A stretch of DNA of 63,382 bases, the filler included, from Choristocarpus tenellus KU-1152 (taxonomy: Eukaryota; Protista; Phaeophyceae): the NCBI GenBank assembly GCA_964200185.2. It is 8 parts of 8 records of this genome, joined end to end, with 100 filler letters (N's around TTAATTAATTAA, not from the genome) between each part and the next. Parts side by side here need not be neighbours in the genome. Positions count along the whole stretch, not along the records: positions 33,153 to 44,914 come from CAXNAD020002153.1; positions 45,015 to 60,460 come from CAXNAD020001000.1; 6 more parts are not named here. The stretch is one strand, 5' to 3'. Of the stretch, positions 44,808 to 59,523 are shown in pieces. Below the pieces are notes generated by a model. That model was given only the letters and a program-made list of their open reading frames with translations. It was not told the DNA's origin and did not search any database. Position 1 is the stretch's first letter, and the number at the start of each line of letters is the position of its first letter. The position numbers and the translations under genes were made by a program.

Positions 44808-44914
44808 GCTCCGGAGTATTGTTCATGCTATTGAGTATCATAATGGACCCCCAGTATCAACTGTTAGATTAGACTCTTCCAACTCTTTCGGACAGTTACG
44901 GTAAAATATGTATG

Positions 44915-45014
44915 NNNNNNNNNNNNNNNNNNNNNNNNNNNNNNNNNNNNNNNNNNNNTTAATTAATTAANNNNNNNNNNNNNNNNNNNNNNNNNNNNNN
45001 NNNNNNNNNNNNNN
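44915..45014. other. Artificial contig spacer
   Basis: 44 N + TTAATTAATTAA + 44 N. Confidence 0.97.
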
Positions 45015-47441
45015 GGGGGGGGGGGGGGGGCATTAGTGTGGTGGTGTTGGGGCTTAACCTGTGGGGTGGAATTTTGACTTAACATCTCAGATGTCCATGT
45101 TTCGCCTTCAAGTTCGCCGTTCTGTATAGCTGCTGTTTGTATAATTTGTCTTTGTGAGTAGACGCTTGATCTTGAGTGTGTTGAACCCTTTATAAGGAGC
45201 ATTGTCGTGTTGAGTGCAAATTTGAGACTGCAGAAGAGACCAGGTTATCACTTTCATGTAGTAGATACAGCCGCACCTGAAATACCTTGATAAATTGCAT
45301 ATCAGTGTCTCAGATGTTAGGTTGCTTTGTATGCAGCACTCGCTGAAGGTGGGAAATCATACTTCAGACACGTATGCATATACATACATACATACATATA
45401 CCCAAACGGTGCACTAAAACACAAAGGTCTCGAGGGTACAATCAAAGAGGGCATTGGGCACTAGTCAGTCTGTCCTCTCCCTTGCGCCTTCTTTTGGACC
45501 CCCACGAAAGTTTCCACCTTGGTTCACCTTGATCTTGGTCCAGTGTTGCTGTGGCATAGCAGAGAGAGGATAGTACAGTTGTAAAATCCTTTGTGCCTGT
45601 GACATGGAATAGCATCATCGAAAACAGTGTTCATTGTAGGGGTTAGGGTTAGAACCTGTTACAACCAGTGCAACTGGAAGAAAAAAAAAGATTGATGGTG
45701 ATGGGTCTCATGGCTCTAGATCTTACCTATCATGAAACGTCTGATTCTGGGTGGTGATCTTGATGGAAGACTTGGTTGAGACTGCAGCCCTGCTGTTCAC
45801 ATTTGCTGAAGAGTTGTTGGATTGTTCTGTTGTGTAACAGTGGTGGTTGGACCCGTGGCAGGGTTGGTAATGTTGGTAATTTTGATGAAAATTCGGGTCC
45901 TTGACCACTGTGATTTGTGAAAGGTTCAGTCCCAACAGAAGATATATATGTATATATATCCGTATACACATGTACCTGTAGAAAAGAAACCTAATTAGTA
46001 TTGTGGTGAACTAAAATAATTCATGGTTTAATTTTAAATGGCTCTAAAAAAGATCAATTCATTTGATTCAACTATCGATGCATGAGGTCACCCATGTGGA
46101 GTGTATGCAGGTCACTGACTGGTGCGTGGTACTATGGACCAAGAAATCCCCTGCTTAAATGGACCAGATCTGAAGCCATGAATGGGTAGTGGTGGACCAA
46201 AATCTGAGATGCCCAATAACCAAAAAGGTGTGGGTGGATACACCGAACCAAGATAAACTGAAGAGAGGCAAGAAGAATCAGGTTGCCATGCCTTCAAATG
46301 ATGGTGGTAAAGACGGGCATAATGTTGAAGCCCCATCTCTACAGCTTCCTGCGTCGATGCATGGGACAAAGGGGCCTTTGTTGGCTTGAAGGAAGGGGAA
46401 ACGTTGCAGCACTTGAGGAAAGACCCAGTGCATAATCCAGGCTTGAACTGGTACAGCATGCTAGCAGACCGCCAGACACACATCTTCAGCCCAGAAGTCA
46501 ATATTCTCCGCAGCCTGGATAATCAAGTTTGAGTATGCTCAGTGTGCGTTTTTGAGAAGTTGCCTTCCAACTGCCCAATTTGTGACAGTGTTCACTTTGT
46601 TCTGATCTGTGGGCATTGCCATGGTGAACCGTCGGTCAGTCAGCCCTTACCACCTAGAGGCGTATGATCAAACCTGTAGAGGAAATATGTATTAGATTTT
46701 TTTGACATCAGGTTCCAAGGGGTAACACCACACTGAAGGCTAGTGGTGTAAGTCATTTACGAGGCCCTCAACGTTCCACTGCAGGATTTTTTTTTTTCCG
46801 AGAGGCTCTAAGAATTTTCCATATTGAATCCTTTGGATGGGACGTTATGAAACATACGATGGTACATTAGGAAGTTGAGGCTGAAGCGATCGTATGCACA
46901 TATAGCCCAAAATTTGGTTGTAGGTTTCCCAATTTCGGGTTTGGCGTGATGATGGTTCATGATACTAGGTGTACTCCATGTATGAGTTTGAAACAAGGTG
47001 AACATCTCTGCGAAATTGTAGGTGAGGGTGTAACCCTGTTCCTCTGCATCTCATCAACGCATTGGTGGCAAGACTTTGTTGGTTCTTTGGGGTAAGTCTT
47101 TTCATTGCTGTTCATCCAGAGATCTGAATCTTTAATATGTCTGGGTCGTTGATTGTTTCCTTGAGCAGCCTCAATCGCATGAGGTGGCTTGTATTATGCA
47201 CATGACTGCTTGTGTTGTCTTGTCTCACTGTATCGGAGATCCCAAATAGGACCTGTCCCTGAGATATTGTGTGTTGTGTATTTTTGATATACGAAAGGCG
47301 AAGGGCTTGACATATATGACTGAATTGGATTCCTTGGTCTTTCATGAAACAACTGCCAAAAGCCAAAAATAATCTAATTCGTGAGCACCCCTGCCCCTCT
47401 GCATTTTTCCTTCTTAAATGTGTTCCATGTGTTGCGCTCAG

Positions 47442-50059
47442 CTTGTGAGAAGGATGGGCAGTGGAAGCAGGCACTAAGACTTGTGGAAGAGGTCAAAGAA
47501 CAAGAGGATCTCCTTCCAGATCCACACATGTTTAGCACAGCCATGGTAGCTTGTACAAGGGCGGTGAGTGTATTCCTATGCATGCCTGAGGTACAATGAC
47601 AGCGGCTGACTAAGAAAAGAGCCGCAGTTGGACACTGTATCGTTCTTCTTTTTTTGTGTTCCTATTTTGGGTGTGAGCTGTGGAAGCACACTGTTCGAAA
47701 TGTAAGGTTGGTTCTGATGGATGCTGCTGTGGACATGTATTTGAACTTGTATTTGATTTTTTTAACATACAGCGCCAAGAAAAAAAAGAGTGTATTACGT
47801 GTTGTGCTGTCTCAAAAAAGCTTGCCTAAATTGGTAATGCTTGAAGGAGTCTGTGTATGGTATTGACTGAGTTCTATTGGTTAGAGATACAGGTTGATGC
47901 TTTCTAGTTCATCCTCATTGTGTAAGAGGGTCGGTCAGGGTTGGGATTGAAAGGTTTAACATATACTCCGGAGTAGTAGTAGATGGTACTGATGCACAGA
48001 AGAGTCAATGCATAGTCAGCTCTTTGATTTATTTGTGTTTTGTATTGGTATTTTTTTGTTTTTTTCTGTAACCTCGGACTGTGAAGACTTTCTTTCCAGG
48101 AGGTGACTCTGTGAATTTTTGTTTTGTGTCACGAGAATGAAGAGGTTTAAGGTAGAGTAAGATCTGATCTGAAGGGACCCTTTACTGTAGGAAGCTTTAA
48201 CATGTGCCCTTTGAGAGGAAATTACCTTTCCTTTTGTTTAGGAAGGAGGATTTGAGCAGGGGCATTGCACTATCATAAGCATTTTCCAGTCCTGTGTTTG
48301 GTTGTTGGGTAGTTTGGTTATTCCATCCATAGAAGAAGTGATTGTTTTGTGTGTAGGTGTGTAGGTCTGCTTTGTTTGGTAAGGTGTTTGTATTTTTGGT
48401 ATATACTGTGTTCCCTTGCATGGTGTACCTACTGTGTAGGTCAGAGCTCCCTTGAAGTAGTGAAGTCCATGCATGAGGTGGGTCAGTGCCCAGGCAACTC
48501 CCCCGTGTTGAAAAGCAAACGGCTACCAAGACGATCACAAGGTTTGGAGCAGCTCTAAACCTGTATTTTTTTGTTTGGAGTGAAGGAGTGAAGGCTCTTT
48601 CTGTTGTGGAGAATATGTGTTGTACTTTCCTTCAAAATTTGGTTGAAGGTGCAGTGCAGATGAGGTTGCATGTAAAATTTCCTGTGATTGGGATGTACAT
48701 ACCTGTGAGTGGATTTTCATTGCATGCAAATATTGAGTTTTCACTTCCATTTTGTACTTGACCTCATTGTATGGTTGTTTTCACCACTAACTCCTCAGTG
48801 GGATATGAAGCGCTCAGGGGGTATTTCAGAGGTATGTCAACTCCTTGATGCCTCAGGAACAACAAACAATTTTGAAAATCAGTAAAGTCAAAAGTGCCTC
48901 ATAGGCAACAGTGATTAGATTAGGAGTGATCTCCCTCACAGTACCTCGCAACAACAGCATGTTGATACTTGCAGGTGTATTTTTTTTATTTCAGTTATTG
49001 ATGATACTATCATTTCAAACCTCCCCAGCGTCCTGCTGTGCCCATTTCTGAATGTACTACATGGATTTGTTTGGAAGTATAAAAACAAACGAAACCTTCC
49101 TTAAATTTTGAATAATAACCCGTTACATTAAGATCGACGTTTAATCTGTATAGGGACGGTTGGAGGAGGCCTTGGACATCCTGGAGGACATGCGCTCCAT
49201 GCCAGGGCTTGAAGTCCCCAACGTGGTAAACTACAACATTGCTATCACAGCGTCAGCAAGGGCAAGGTACAGTGTGGGTTTAATGCCAAGATTTGTCGTG
49301 CTACTTTTGTCTTGAGTGTTTCTACAGCCGAGTTTTTTGCTCCATACAAAATTGTATGCTGTACTATTGTAGTAGTGATAGATACCTGCTACTACATCTG
49401 GTGTCTTCAATGTATGGTCTCACAGCATCACCCCAGCTTCTTACCACCAACTGTTGCTCCGCATTCTTGAAACTCCCATCAGAGACTGGCCGTGTGTGCT
49501 GAAGCTGCTGGATGATATGCGTGATGATGATATCTCCCCTAACGACACCACTTTTGGATCTGCCCTTGATGAGTGTGGTGCTGCCGGCGAGCTCCCTACA
49601 GCACTGTCTCTCCTGTCGATAATGCATAGAGAGGGAGTAAAGGCAAGCGCTCTGGCTTTCACCTGTGCCGTGGCTGCAGCATGTCGAGGTGGTCATGCTT
49701 CTGATGTGGCATCCCTTCTCAATGACATGATTGAGGCTGGACAGCCTCCTAATCGGATTACGTACTTGACGGCAGCAGGGGCATGTAGCGACTCCTTTAA
49801 TGTAGAAGCAGCCAAACTCATTGTTTGTAGGAGTACCAATCAGGGTCTGCCACCCGATCCAGCGGTTTTTAACTATTGTGTGCAGGCGTGTGCAAACGGT
49901 GGTGATTGGGAAGGGGCCATACAACTAGTCAGGGATATGAAGGTGGCAGGGTTATTTCCTGACTGTGAATTTTACAACTGTGTGATTGCTGGAATAGTTG
50001 CTCCGCCAGTGTCAAGCCCCTCTGCAGGAGTTTTGGGGGGCGTTTCAGGAGTGGTGTAG
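47442..50059 (+). CDS. Pentatricopeptide repeat (PPR) protein, 3' part
   Basis: Exons 47442-47563, 49154-49266 and 49483-50059 join in frame and give about seven 35-aa PPR units (ACEKDGQWKQAL..PD..MFSTAM.AC; GRLEEAL..PNVVNYN.AI.A; PNDTTFGSALDECG.AG; PD..VFN..VQACANGG.WE.A.QL...M...GL.PD..FYN.VI). Confidence 0.88.
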
Positions 50060-51763
50060 GAATGGCTTGTTGGTTACTTGACCTGATTGATCGTTACTAG
50101 CCCATTATAGTTGCCGTGGCTTCAGTTTGTTTTTCTTAGGTGTTGTGTGCACTGCTTGTTAATGCATGAGTGATGTAAGTTGTTGATTGTGCTTTGTATT
50201 GAGCCTCGTGTAAATATTGAATGGAAGGTGGTGTCAATCTTTATGTGGACTGGAAAAAAAAAGTATTTTTATCCAGTAGTCCCCTACTGGAGTGGTTTTG
50301 CCTCGTGCAACTACCCCTGTCGTAAGTAGAGATTGACCCCCATAGTAGTAGAAGAGGAGAATGATTTGAGTGCAAGCACATACATACATTGCATACCCAT
50401 ATTATTCAGAGTACATGGTAGTATGAAATACTTTTCCAATTGTGTTGTACCACACACATCTCTCCAGGAATTGCATCTTATCTTATCATCTCTACAACTG
50501 CTATACACCATGCATTTAATCGACCCTGCTACTTTCTATTAGTACTATTACTACTGTACCTTTATTGTTGCATGAATGACACCTATTAATATGGTACAAT
50601 AGAGATACATAGCCGTACATATCTTGTGAACTTTGTTCAAAGAGAAACTGCAGAACTGGTAAATATCAGGAGGTGTTACCACTGTGTCTCTCTGAGGGAC
50701 CTCGTGCCCAGAAAAAAAACTCAATAGTCCTAGAGGAGGAGTAGTACCAGTTGAAGGTAGATATTATTTGTTGTACGTTCATTGCATAATCACTGTCACT
50801 CTTGGATTGTTTGGGGTATTTGGTGAGGAAACAACAATGTCACTGACCAACTCTTGTTGCTTGTTGTGTTGCAACTGGTTGTAATGTAGCCAAAGAGTGA
50901 TCCGATTTGTCTCAAAAGATTTTTCATCAATTGTGACACCTTGTAAAAAATGTCCCACGTATTTGGAGACATTTTGACATTTTGTATGGATCATGTTTTG
51001 ACATGAAAATTATTAAAGCCACGGTAAATAAACTAGATCCTCAGGTTAATAGCACCAAGTTTAAAACAAAACTGGAGTATGTCATCAACTTTGCACTTAA
51101 GGTGAACACATGACAGCATCCTCAAAACTCCATAACACATCCAATGGGGGTAGACAACACAACACAAAAACAATGGATCTAACGCACTCATAATGGCAGC
51201 AGTCTCTAGTCATTCCCATGAGTCCCACTTTCCTATCAAGATGGAAGATGACCCAAGTGGGATCTAGAACTCTACATTCGTAATCAAAAAAACATTCAGA
51301 CATTATGAAAAAAACACCCTGCATGTGATACAAATAAAAGACACGACAAATTGTGTTGCATTACCATGCAACCTCTACTACACAAATACTTAACAACTAA
51401 ACACACTTGCCACGCTTTCATCCCCCGGGACAAAACCTAGCAAGGGGATTTTGAGTTGGTTGTGGGTGTGGAGAACCCCCACCACCAAACAAAGCGATAC
51501 TCCATCCAAAAACCTTCCTTGGAACGAGGGACAACAAATAATCACTACTGCAGAAACAAAGGAGAGAGTGCAGGAAAATAGGTGTCAACCACCTGAAAAT
51601 AATTTAGAGGCAGCACAAAAGCCACCATGCCTTCACCTCTTTCACCGTCAAGACAAGATAGATACAAAAGACAAAACAAGCAACAAAAATGTATACATCC
51701 ACATCAAATCTAAAAAGATCAAACAACTACATGGAAAGGGAAGAAATACAAGGTATAGGTTGT

Positions 51764-54700
51764 TCAGAAGCCTAGGAGCTCCGCCCAGTACAGAGATGTG
51801 TTGTAGAAGGGGCTCTTGCGACCTCGAAGGGAGACACGCACATGACGGGCCTTGACACGTTTGCGAATGAGATCGAGCTCCTTGATGTCTTTGTGACCTC
51901 CGCTAGGCTGATGGGGCACGATAACCTTTTGTGTCAAAGGTTGTGGGAGGGGGGCAAGAGGAAGGCATGGAGGAATCAGAAAGCTAAGTAGAGTAGTGGT
52001 ACAATCCTTCAATTATATAGTCAACTCTGAAAGTAGGCTACTGACCGCAACATCCAGCAGAACCATATAATCGAAAATGGTATACTCTTGTTCAACCCAA
52101 ATAAAGACACACAGTCGTTTGCAAACACGTGTTACCTGTGTCACCTCCTCAAAACTCTATTAATGCTAACATAAAATCCTAAGTTGCTGCGGTGTACCCC
52201 CCATTTTGGCACTCTACAAATAAAAAAACTGTGCCGTAGGTCTGAATGTAAAACTAAAGGTCGTGTTTACTCAGTAGCGCAATAAAATGGATGCTCAAGG
52301 TACTACAACCTACAACACACTGATTGCAATAGACTGCACATAACAATAAAGCAGACACTCAGTCAACACTCTCTATTGCAGACTGCGTTTGGAGAGATGA
52401 ACTTCGTAAGATGGGTTGCAGTCGATCTTGCTCGTCTAGACGGGCATGAGACCTCCACAATCACTCAGGCATTGCCAGAGTCTCTTCTCTCACCTGCCAC
52501 TCCTCCCGTCTTGTGCGTCGGACAGCCACTTCAAACTCCTGTGAATACCGATTCTGAAATCGGAACTTGGTTATCCGCCGGACACGATCCAACTGATAAA
52601 CAGGGTAAGAAAGGGGTTGGTTCGTGAAGTAAGATACATCAGTAGATCACACCAAAACAGAGGAGCGTCCAACAAAGTAGAAGAAGGTATGTACTTGCCA
52701 TAGAGCTTTGAAGAAATTCGTTAGGCATTACGTTGTCTAGATGGGTTAACTGATCGCTGATGATGCAGCACATAAAAACTACGAACACTATTATTAATAG
52801 CACTTCAATGCGTGTACCAAGTATTCAATACCAACACTCACGAAAAGGAACATGGGGGAGAACACAGGAAAGTATGGATAGGACTCAAAGGAAGGCACAC
52901 TTATTCTACATACACCAAAAAGTAAAATGGAGTACACTAATGTAAGGGATATAGTAGCAACTCTGGGACAAACCCAAGCACATGTACAGGTTGATGTTGC
53001 AAAATGTTCCTCTTCCGTAAGATAGACACCACCACTATTAACTACCAAGAGAGACGCGGGGAGCAACTCCACTTGTTCAACAGTCACCGCAGTAGGAGGC
53101 AGTAGAGTAGCCACCAGCTGTAACCCTCCACAGCGCATAAAAGGAAGGTGTACAGATAACCTATAAACGCGAAGTCTTGATTCCAAGCGAAAGCAGGATT
53201 ACTATCGACACTCTCACCGTGATGCATAGGTACGCCTCCTCCGGTTGTCCTGGCAACCAATATTTCTCGTCCCTGGTAAACACATGCTCAACAAGGTGAA
53301 CCTGTGTGGAGTGTTGGGGTCAGATTAGATAGGCATTGCAATAATGAGAGGCATGAAAACAGAACCGCTCTGTAAAAAATAACAGAAAACAGTAACTGAC
53401 CAATACACTGATAACTCCATTAAGGAATAAGCAGTAATGATAGAAATGAAATTTTAAATACTACTTGAGAACAATGGATCTCGGTCGATCACAATCCTTA
53501 GACATCTGTTTCTTCCACAAAAATGATGAGCAAGCAGAGCATATGCCTAGATCGGGTGCATTCGCAACACCTACATTGACAGCTAACACAAAAGATTGAT
53601 CAAAACAGTTGGAATATTTTCACAAATGTTCACCACAATTAGAGTCTCGGTTATAATTTTAGATGTCGCCTACATCATAGTGTTGGTAAGTCAATATCCC
53701 TCTACTACCTGCCGAAATATGAATATAGACAAAATACAAGATACATGTGTGTACCCAGGTGCACAAGTCACACATAGTATGTTGGCCTATGCCACAGAGC
53801 ACCAGCATTGGTGCACACAACAATCACACAAAAAAACAGGGAGTTCTACAAGTTGACAAGGCGCTATGTTACATCCTACATCGGATTTCTTCTTTTGATA
53901 GGCTTGCCTCCGCCCTTACATACCTATTCATAACATATATGTGTACTGATAGGATTATTCTTTGAACTTCAAGACAACTATATGTAGCACCCAAGGTGAG
54001 GGCAATAGAGGAACAAGAGATCCACACAAAAAAAAACACCTGTCAATCCCAAAGGCACTATTCAACAGGTAGAGCTTCAATGTGTGTGTGTACTACATCC
54101 TTCCCTCACAGTTATGTATGATTCAAAGATTTTCGTCAACTACCTCAATGTTCACATTTTCTTCAAGCCCCCAGTATGCTACAGTCAGTACAAGAAAACA
54201 TACTATGCTCCACTCGAGAGAGGTAGGTGTAGAATAGTTGAGAATCAGTGCATTAGTACACCACCTGGTTACACACAAGCACAATCCTGCACACAAACCA
54301 TCCCAAATGGAAAATTGACATCTTTACACACGTACACACACACACATGTAAATATGATTGGTAACAGCTAACTAAGTATGTGAATGTAACCAACAAGAAG
54401 CTAACCTCACACAAACCTAGCCCATTCTCAATTCTACATAATATCCTGTACCTTTCCATCCACACTAAAGGGACTAAAAAGTTATAGCAATAGAAATAAC
54501 AATTATTATTATTGCAAATAGAACTAATTTCACTTGAACCACAGCAAACTTTCTTCAACCAACAGAAGACTCATGCCACCAAAAACTCAAAATGGGGTGG
54601 CGCCTTCAACTTCTGGTTTCCTGTACGGGTGTCTACCACCCACAATCCAATCCACAACTCCCTAGACAAATGTGCCTGTCTTACATCTGCCAATGACAGG

Positions 54701-57700
54701 GGCACGAATATCAACATGGGGAAAGCCTGGTGGGTGGGTAGGTGTTCAAAAAGAGATATAGGATGGATTTTCAATCAAGGGCAAAGACTTTACCTCTGAC
54801 AACGAACTGCTGTAGTCCTCCACAGTGCCTACACATCCTTCATCCTCACCAAAGAGCACACGTTCATACCCCCGATACTGAGGTTCAAACAATTGGACAT
54901 GTGAATTATAAACATGAATTATGAATGCAAGAACATGTATTGCAAACACATCCAGAATATCCACATCCACACCAAAGGCATCCGCATCCACAGTTACACA
55001 TGTTGCACTCCTCCTTCCTCCCCATCCCCTTCCTCCTTCCCCTTGCCCTCGCCCTCCCCTAACCCTAAACCAAACATGCACACGCACACAAGTCACCTTG
55101 GCTCTATGGTTGCCAGGGAAGTGGTCGTCGACCTCGTTACTCTCTGGGCGAATAGCCTGGAATCGATAGGCTTCATGAAGTAGGTGCTGCATTACCTTGC
55201 TCGCTGCCACCACAGAAGAATTTTCCACCACTGATAGCCCAGACACACAACATAATTGCCAATAAGCATCAATCAGAACATACCATGCACATAGCAGGAA
55301 AGGTTCATGGAAGGAGCAGAAGAAGATCTCCATCATAAAAGGGAATGCCAAGGAAAACCAACAAGGTAGTATATTACCATACACTGGCACAAAAATAGAG
55401 GGACCGTTCTTCACACCCACACTACTGACTTGACCAGTCCAGTCTGTATGCACATGCCGAAATCTTCCTCAAAAGTATCAACAACACAATAAAATACTTT
55501 GAACCTCAAATCAATTACATCAAGTGCATCAATACAACAAAAAATACAACAGCAGTGGAAATCACCGGTGTACGATGAGAGACAGGATAGGCAGGAAGGG
55601 GGGGGATGGTCTGACTCACCTTGGCACAAGAAGCTTGTAGCAATGAGAGGGAACCTCACTTCCTGGAATATGCGGTCCACCCATACCTTCTCCTCATCTG
55701 GCATGGCAGTCCATACATCCTTTAGAATTGTTGAGAGGAAATCACACAGCACCAGCAGGGCACTTCAGTGGGTACACATGACAATAGTCACTGTATGCCA
55801 ATAGAGAGATCAATTGTGAGAAACTCAGAGTCACAAGGTCATAGGAGAGATAGTAGCACCAAAATAAAATTAACCCTGGAGTTTTGGCCAACAATGCAAA
55901 GCGAACGAGGGCTTAATTCCTCAAAGGTGAGGTACCTTGAAAAGGGTGAGATGGTTGCTGCTCTGAGGCTGTTTAACGCACATCCCAGTGAATTGGAATT
56001 TTCACAAAATAATGTGCATGAATGCACCATTGAACAGTAAATGCTAGACAGCAGAGGTCATAGACACAAACTCCCAATACTCTCACAAACAACAACAGGA
56101 AGTTTGAAATAGTTCTAGAACATACAATCAACATAGAAGAGGAAAGAAACTGTATCACCAACTTGACAATCAACTTCGATTGGGAACCATGAGTTTATCA
56201 AACACAATTTTGGGTTATAGTTGGGAAAAAACATGCCCCTAGGCCTCACCTCTTCTTTGGGCGTAGGGTGAGGAGCAGAAAGAGAGGGCTGAGGAGTATC
56301 CGTAGTTTGATCCGGGGCAGATAGGCAGGGCCGCAGAGGTAGAGGAGTAACTGCCTTACCCCTTACAGAGAGACTCGCCTGATTACCCTTCCCTCCAAAG
56401 GAAACCCCCGGCCAGCTTTGGGTGTGCTGCAGAGGAGGCAAAGGCTGTGCACGAGAAGGAAGTGGAGTGATGGAGCTCCCTCCACACAAGTTAAGCCTTC
56501 CCCTGCCCAGTCCCCCACCTGCAACAAGTGATTGAACATTCTCACCCTCACCTGCCTCCAAGACTGGTACCACCCCTTCGCCAAAGTCCCCAGCCCCCAC
56601 CTCCCCACCCTGCACTTCAACCCCCTCTTCACTGCTGCCATCTTGGGTGACACTAGGTGTTTCATTACCAGAGCTTCTTACCGCACCTCCCTCCCGCATA
56701 TCTGCAGAGGACCTGCTGCCACCAGCATCCCGACCCCCCTCCGCCTCTCTTGATGCCGAACCATTGACACTGCCACAGTTACTCCCACCCCCTACGCCTT
56801 CCATGGGTCCCTCCACCATGTCCACCTCTGTCACTCCGCCTGAACAATGAAGGTTATCACCACCCAAGACATAGTGTCCAGGGGAAGATCCTTCTTCCCC
56901 TTCTAGCTTGTCCCTTCCACCACGCTGCTTCGAAGGACTAGACCCAGGTTCAATCTCAGTGGTTTGAGAGTTCGGCAATTCTTGGGTGGGAGTTGGGGGA
57001 CTACTTTGACGGTCCCAGCTGTTTATGTACTGAATTTGTTCGTACGTTTCTGTCTGTGTGCTGTATGCCAAACGCCTCCGCCACGCCTTCGCCCACCCAT
57101 CCACAGCTAGAAAGACCTTGAGGATGGTTTGTGAACAACAGCACGCGATCTAGACTATAACAAACCAGTGTCTATCATCATGTTCTTCTTATGTTTGTGC
57201 AATAAGCCTCTCAATAGTGCAATGCAGGAACACTTTTCTCAAAACCTTTCGCATTCTTACACCAGCTCAACACTAAGGGTCTTTGCATACAGCTGAAGCA
57301 CTTCCAAGCCAGACTGGTGAAGCTTTGAAGTGAGCATATTTAGCATGTACAAAGACAGGGGGGGGAGCAAAATGCAACAGCTGTTATACATACAAATGGG
57401 ACAGACCTCACAGCACAAAGCACGGCAGTAGTGATTAGATCACCTAGCAGGATCAGATCTCACCGTCTCTTCATCTACTGTGAGACCCTCATGCTGCAGG
57501 ACTCTAAGCACCAAGTCTCCTGTGAGAAGTTCAAAGGAGCTGCTGTTCTCATGGTGTACCTGGTTTGAGCAATAAACAGCACAAGTTCATTTTGTTGCTG
57601 TGAGAGACTAAAGACTAGAGGAGCAAAAATATATCTCCAATTACAGGAGTAGATAAAAGCAAGCTAAGTGCGTAAACTCTACATTATTGAAGGGTTTTCC

Positions 57701-59523
57701 AAAAGTTTCCATTTTTGGCCTGTACATTATTTCCATACCTGCCCCAACTCCTGTCCCAATGCCATGATGCAACAGCCATCAAGTAAAATTAGTGCACTGG
57801 GACACTTTCAGAAATAGATGCATCACCTCCCCAGGAGAGAATATCAGACTTCATCAAAAGCTCTCTGGAGTCTGAGGTGGGGCCGGTGCATGAACCCTCA
57901 ACCGCACAATAAGAAGAAAATACAGTAGGGTGCACAAGAGGCTCACCTCGTAAAAGTGAAACGCCAAGTACTCAAGGGCATACGCCACCATGGACTCGCA
58001 TTGATGGAGCTCTGCAGCAACCAGGTGCCTGCAAACATTTCCAGGGTTGAGGCGCCACTACCAAAGCCAACGGTGGGGGCACAGAGCATCTCGGTGAGGA
58101 AGCTACCTGGGAGAGAAGGTGAAGTGACAAAAAACCCCAATCGAACGAACCTTTTCAAATTTTTTACGACAGCAATTATTTTGACGAAATGATCCTGGAA
58201 GCAGGGTGTGCAGTCTGGACTACATGGTATCATTCAGAGGCAAGCCAACCGAGTGGTCGCAGGGCATCTGCAGGGTGCACAACATTCCGAACGCAGCACA
58301 AACACTGCATGGATATAACAGGCTTGCTTCTTGGTATTGCGGTGAAAAAGAGACACATGATAGTTCAAGGTGGAGTTTCATCACCTTTGTGTAGCCCTCG
58401 CACTGTTCCATAAGACGTTTTACACCATAACGATTAGCCAAAGACATAACTGGCATCACATTGTTGTCCTGTAAGTTCAGCCTCCTGGGAAAAAAAGGAA
58501 AGAATTTTTTGTTCAAGCACTTCAAAGGAAATCCACGCATCGACAAAGTGGGATATCAAGCTGTCCCAAGCTCACTTAGGGGCGGGTTAGTTTAGGAAGC
58601 AGAAGGTGTACGGCAACGCAGGGAAGATCATTCCCAAAGGGAAATCCCCACATTCTGCACAACCTTTTCTACAAAAATAATCCAAAATGTCAGTAACATA
58701 TGCTTGGGGAGCGCTTTTCACTACAGCAGTTCTCTTGTTCGAAAATCTTACCCACTATACATGTACTCGATCATTGCCATGAAATGCTTGTGCTCCGCGT
58801 CCTCGATGAGCACGCGGCAACCATGTGCAGACTCTCTCATAGGAAGGGTGAACATTGCTTCGAATGGCTTGCTCCAGGCCGCTTGCGTAAGGTATGCCAT
58901 CGCGAACGAGGGGTAACATTAATGATGTTGAGGTGTGGTTATGCCTTGACATGTTTAGCACCGATCACTCTGACCATACAGTGGGAAAATATTGAAGCCA
59001 ACGCTTGGTTTCTGCTTATGAGAAGAAAAGTGTATCCAATTGCTGGATATCCTAGTGCACGAGCCCATCTTTTGAAGCAACGCCAAGCTCAAAAGAGCAA
59101 GAGTGAGTCAGCTGTAACAACTCTGGATGCCTCTTTCATTCTTACCGAGAACAGCTTTGTGGCAAGGGATATCGATGCTCTCGACACATAGGACCACATC
59201 GTGGAGCTCTGGAGTTCCAAGCATCGCCAGCATGGTCTGCACAGCAAACGACGAGGAGAGGGAACCATTAAGTTGTAGAAGGAGAGATCCTTTCACCAAC
59301 ATTAATTTTGACAATAGCCCATTAAAATCGTACGCAACAGAAACCCATCTACCTTGCTCAACTATACACCTCAACAACATAAACACAATAGTACCTGTTG
59401 TAGTCCGGTGAGGTCGTCATCTAGTCTGAAGACTGATCGGAGGCTTGCTTTGGATCTTTTCCCTCTGACCTGCCACGGACCACCACATTGTGAGGGCAAC
59501 CTTCCCGCTGCTTGCGAGGGCAT
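51764..59523 (-). CDS. BTB/POZ-BACK protein with a C-terminal F5/8 type C (galactose-binding-like) domain, BTBD9-like architecture (about 728 aa)
   Basis: Thirteen GT-AG exons join in one frame (2187 nt): 59523-59395, 59236-59146, 58881-58752, 58484-58385, 58057-57947, 57559-57464, 57116-56250, 55719-55620, 55230-55097, 54877-54794, 53301-53218, 52592-52494, 51925-51764. BTB: DVVLCV..IPCHKAVLAAWSKPFEAMF..MRES..IEYMYSG. BACK: NVCRHL..AE.HQC, VFLAV..W, VRFPLI. F5/8C-like: YW.P..AYLCITLD..ITKF..EFEV..W..ARHVRV. The start codon is tentative. Confidence 0.85.
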
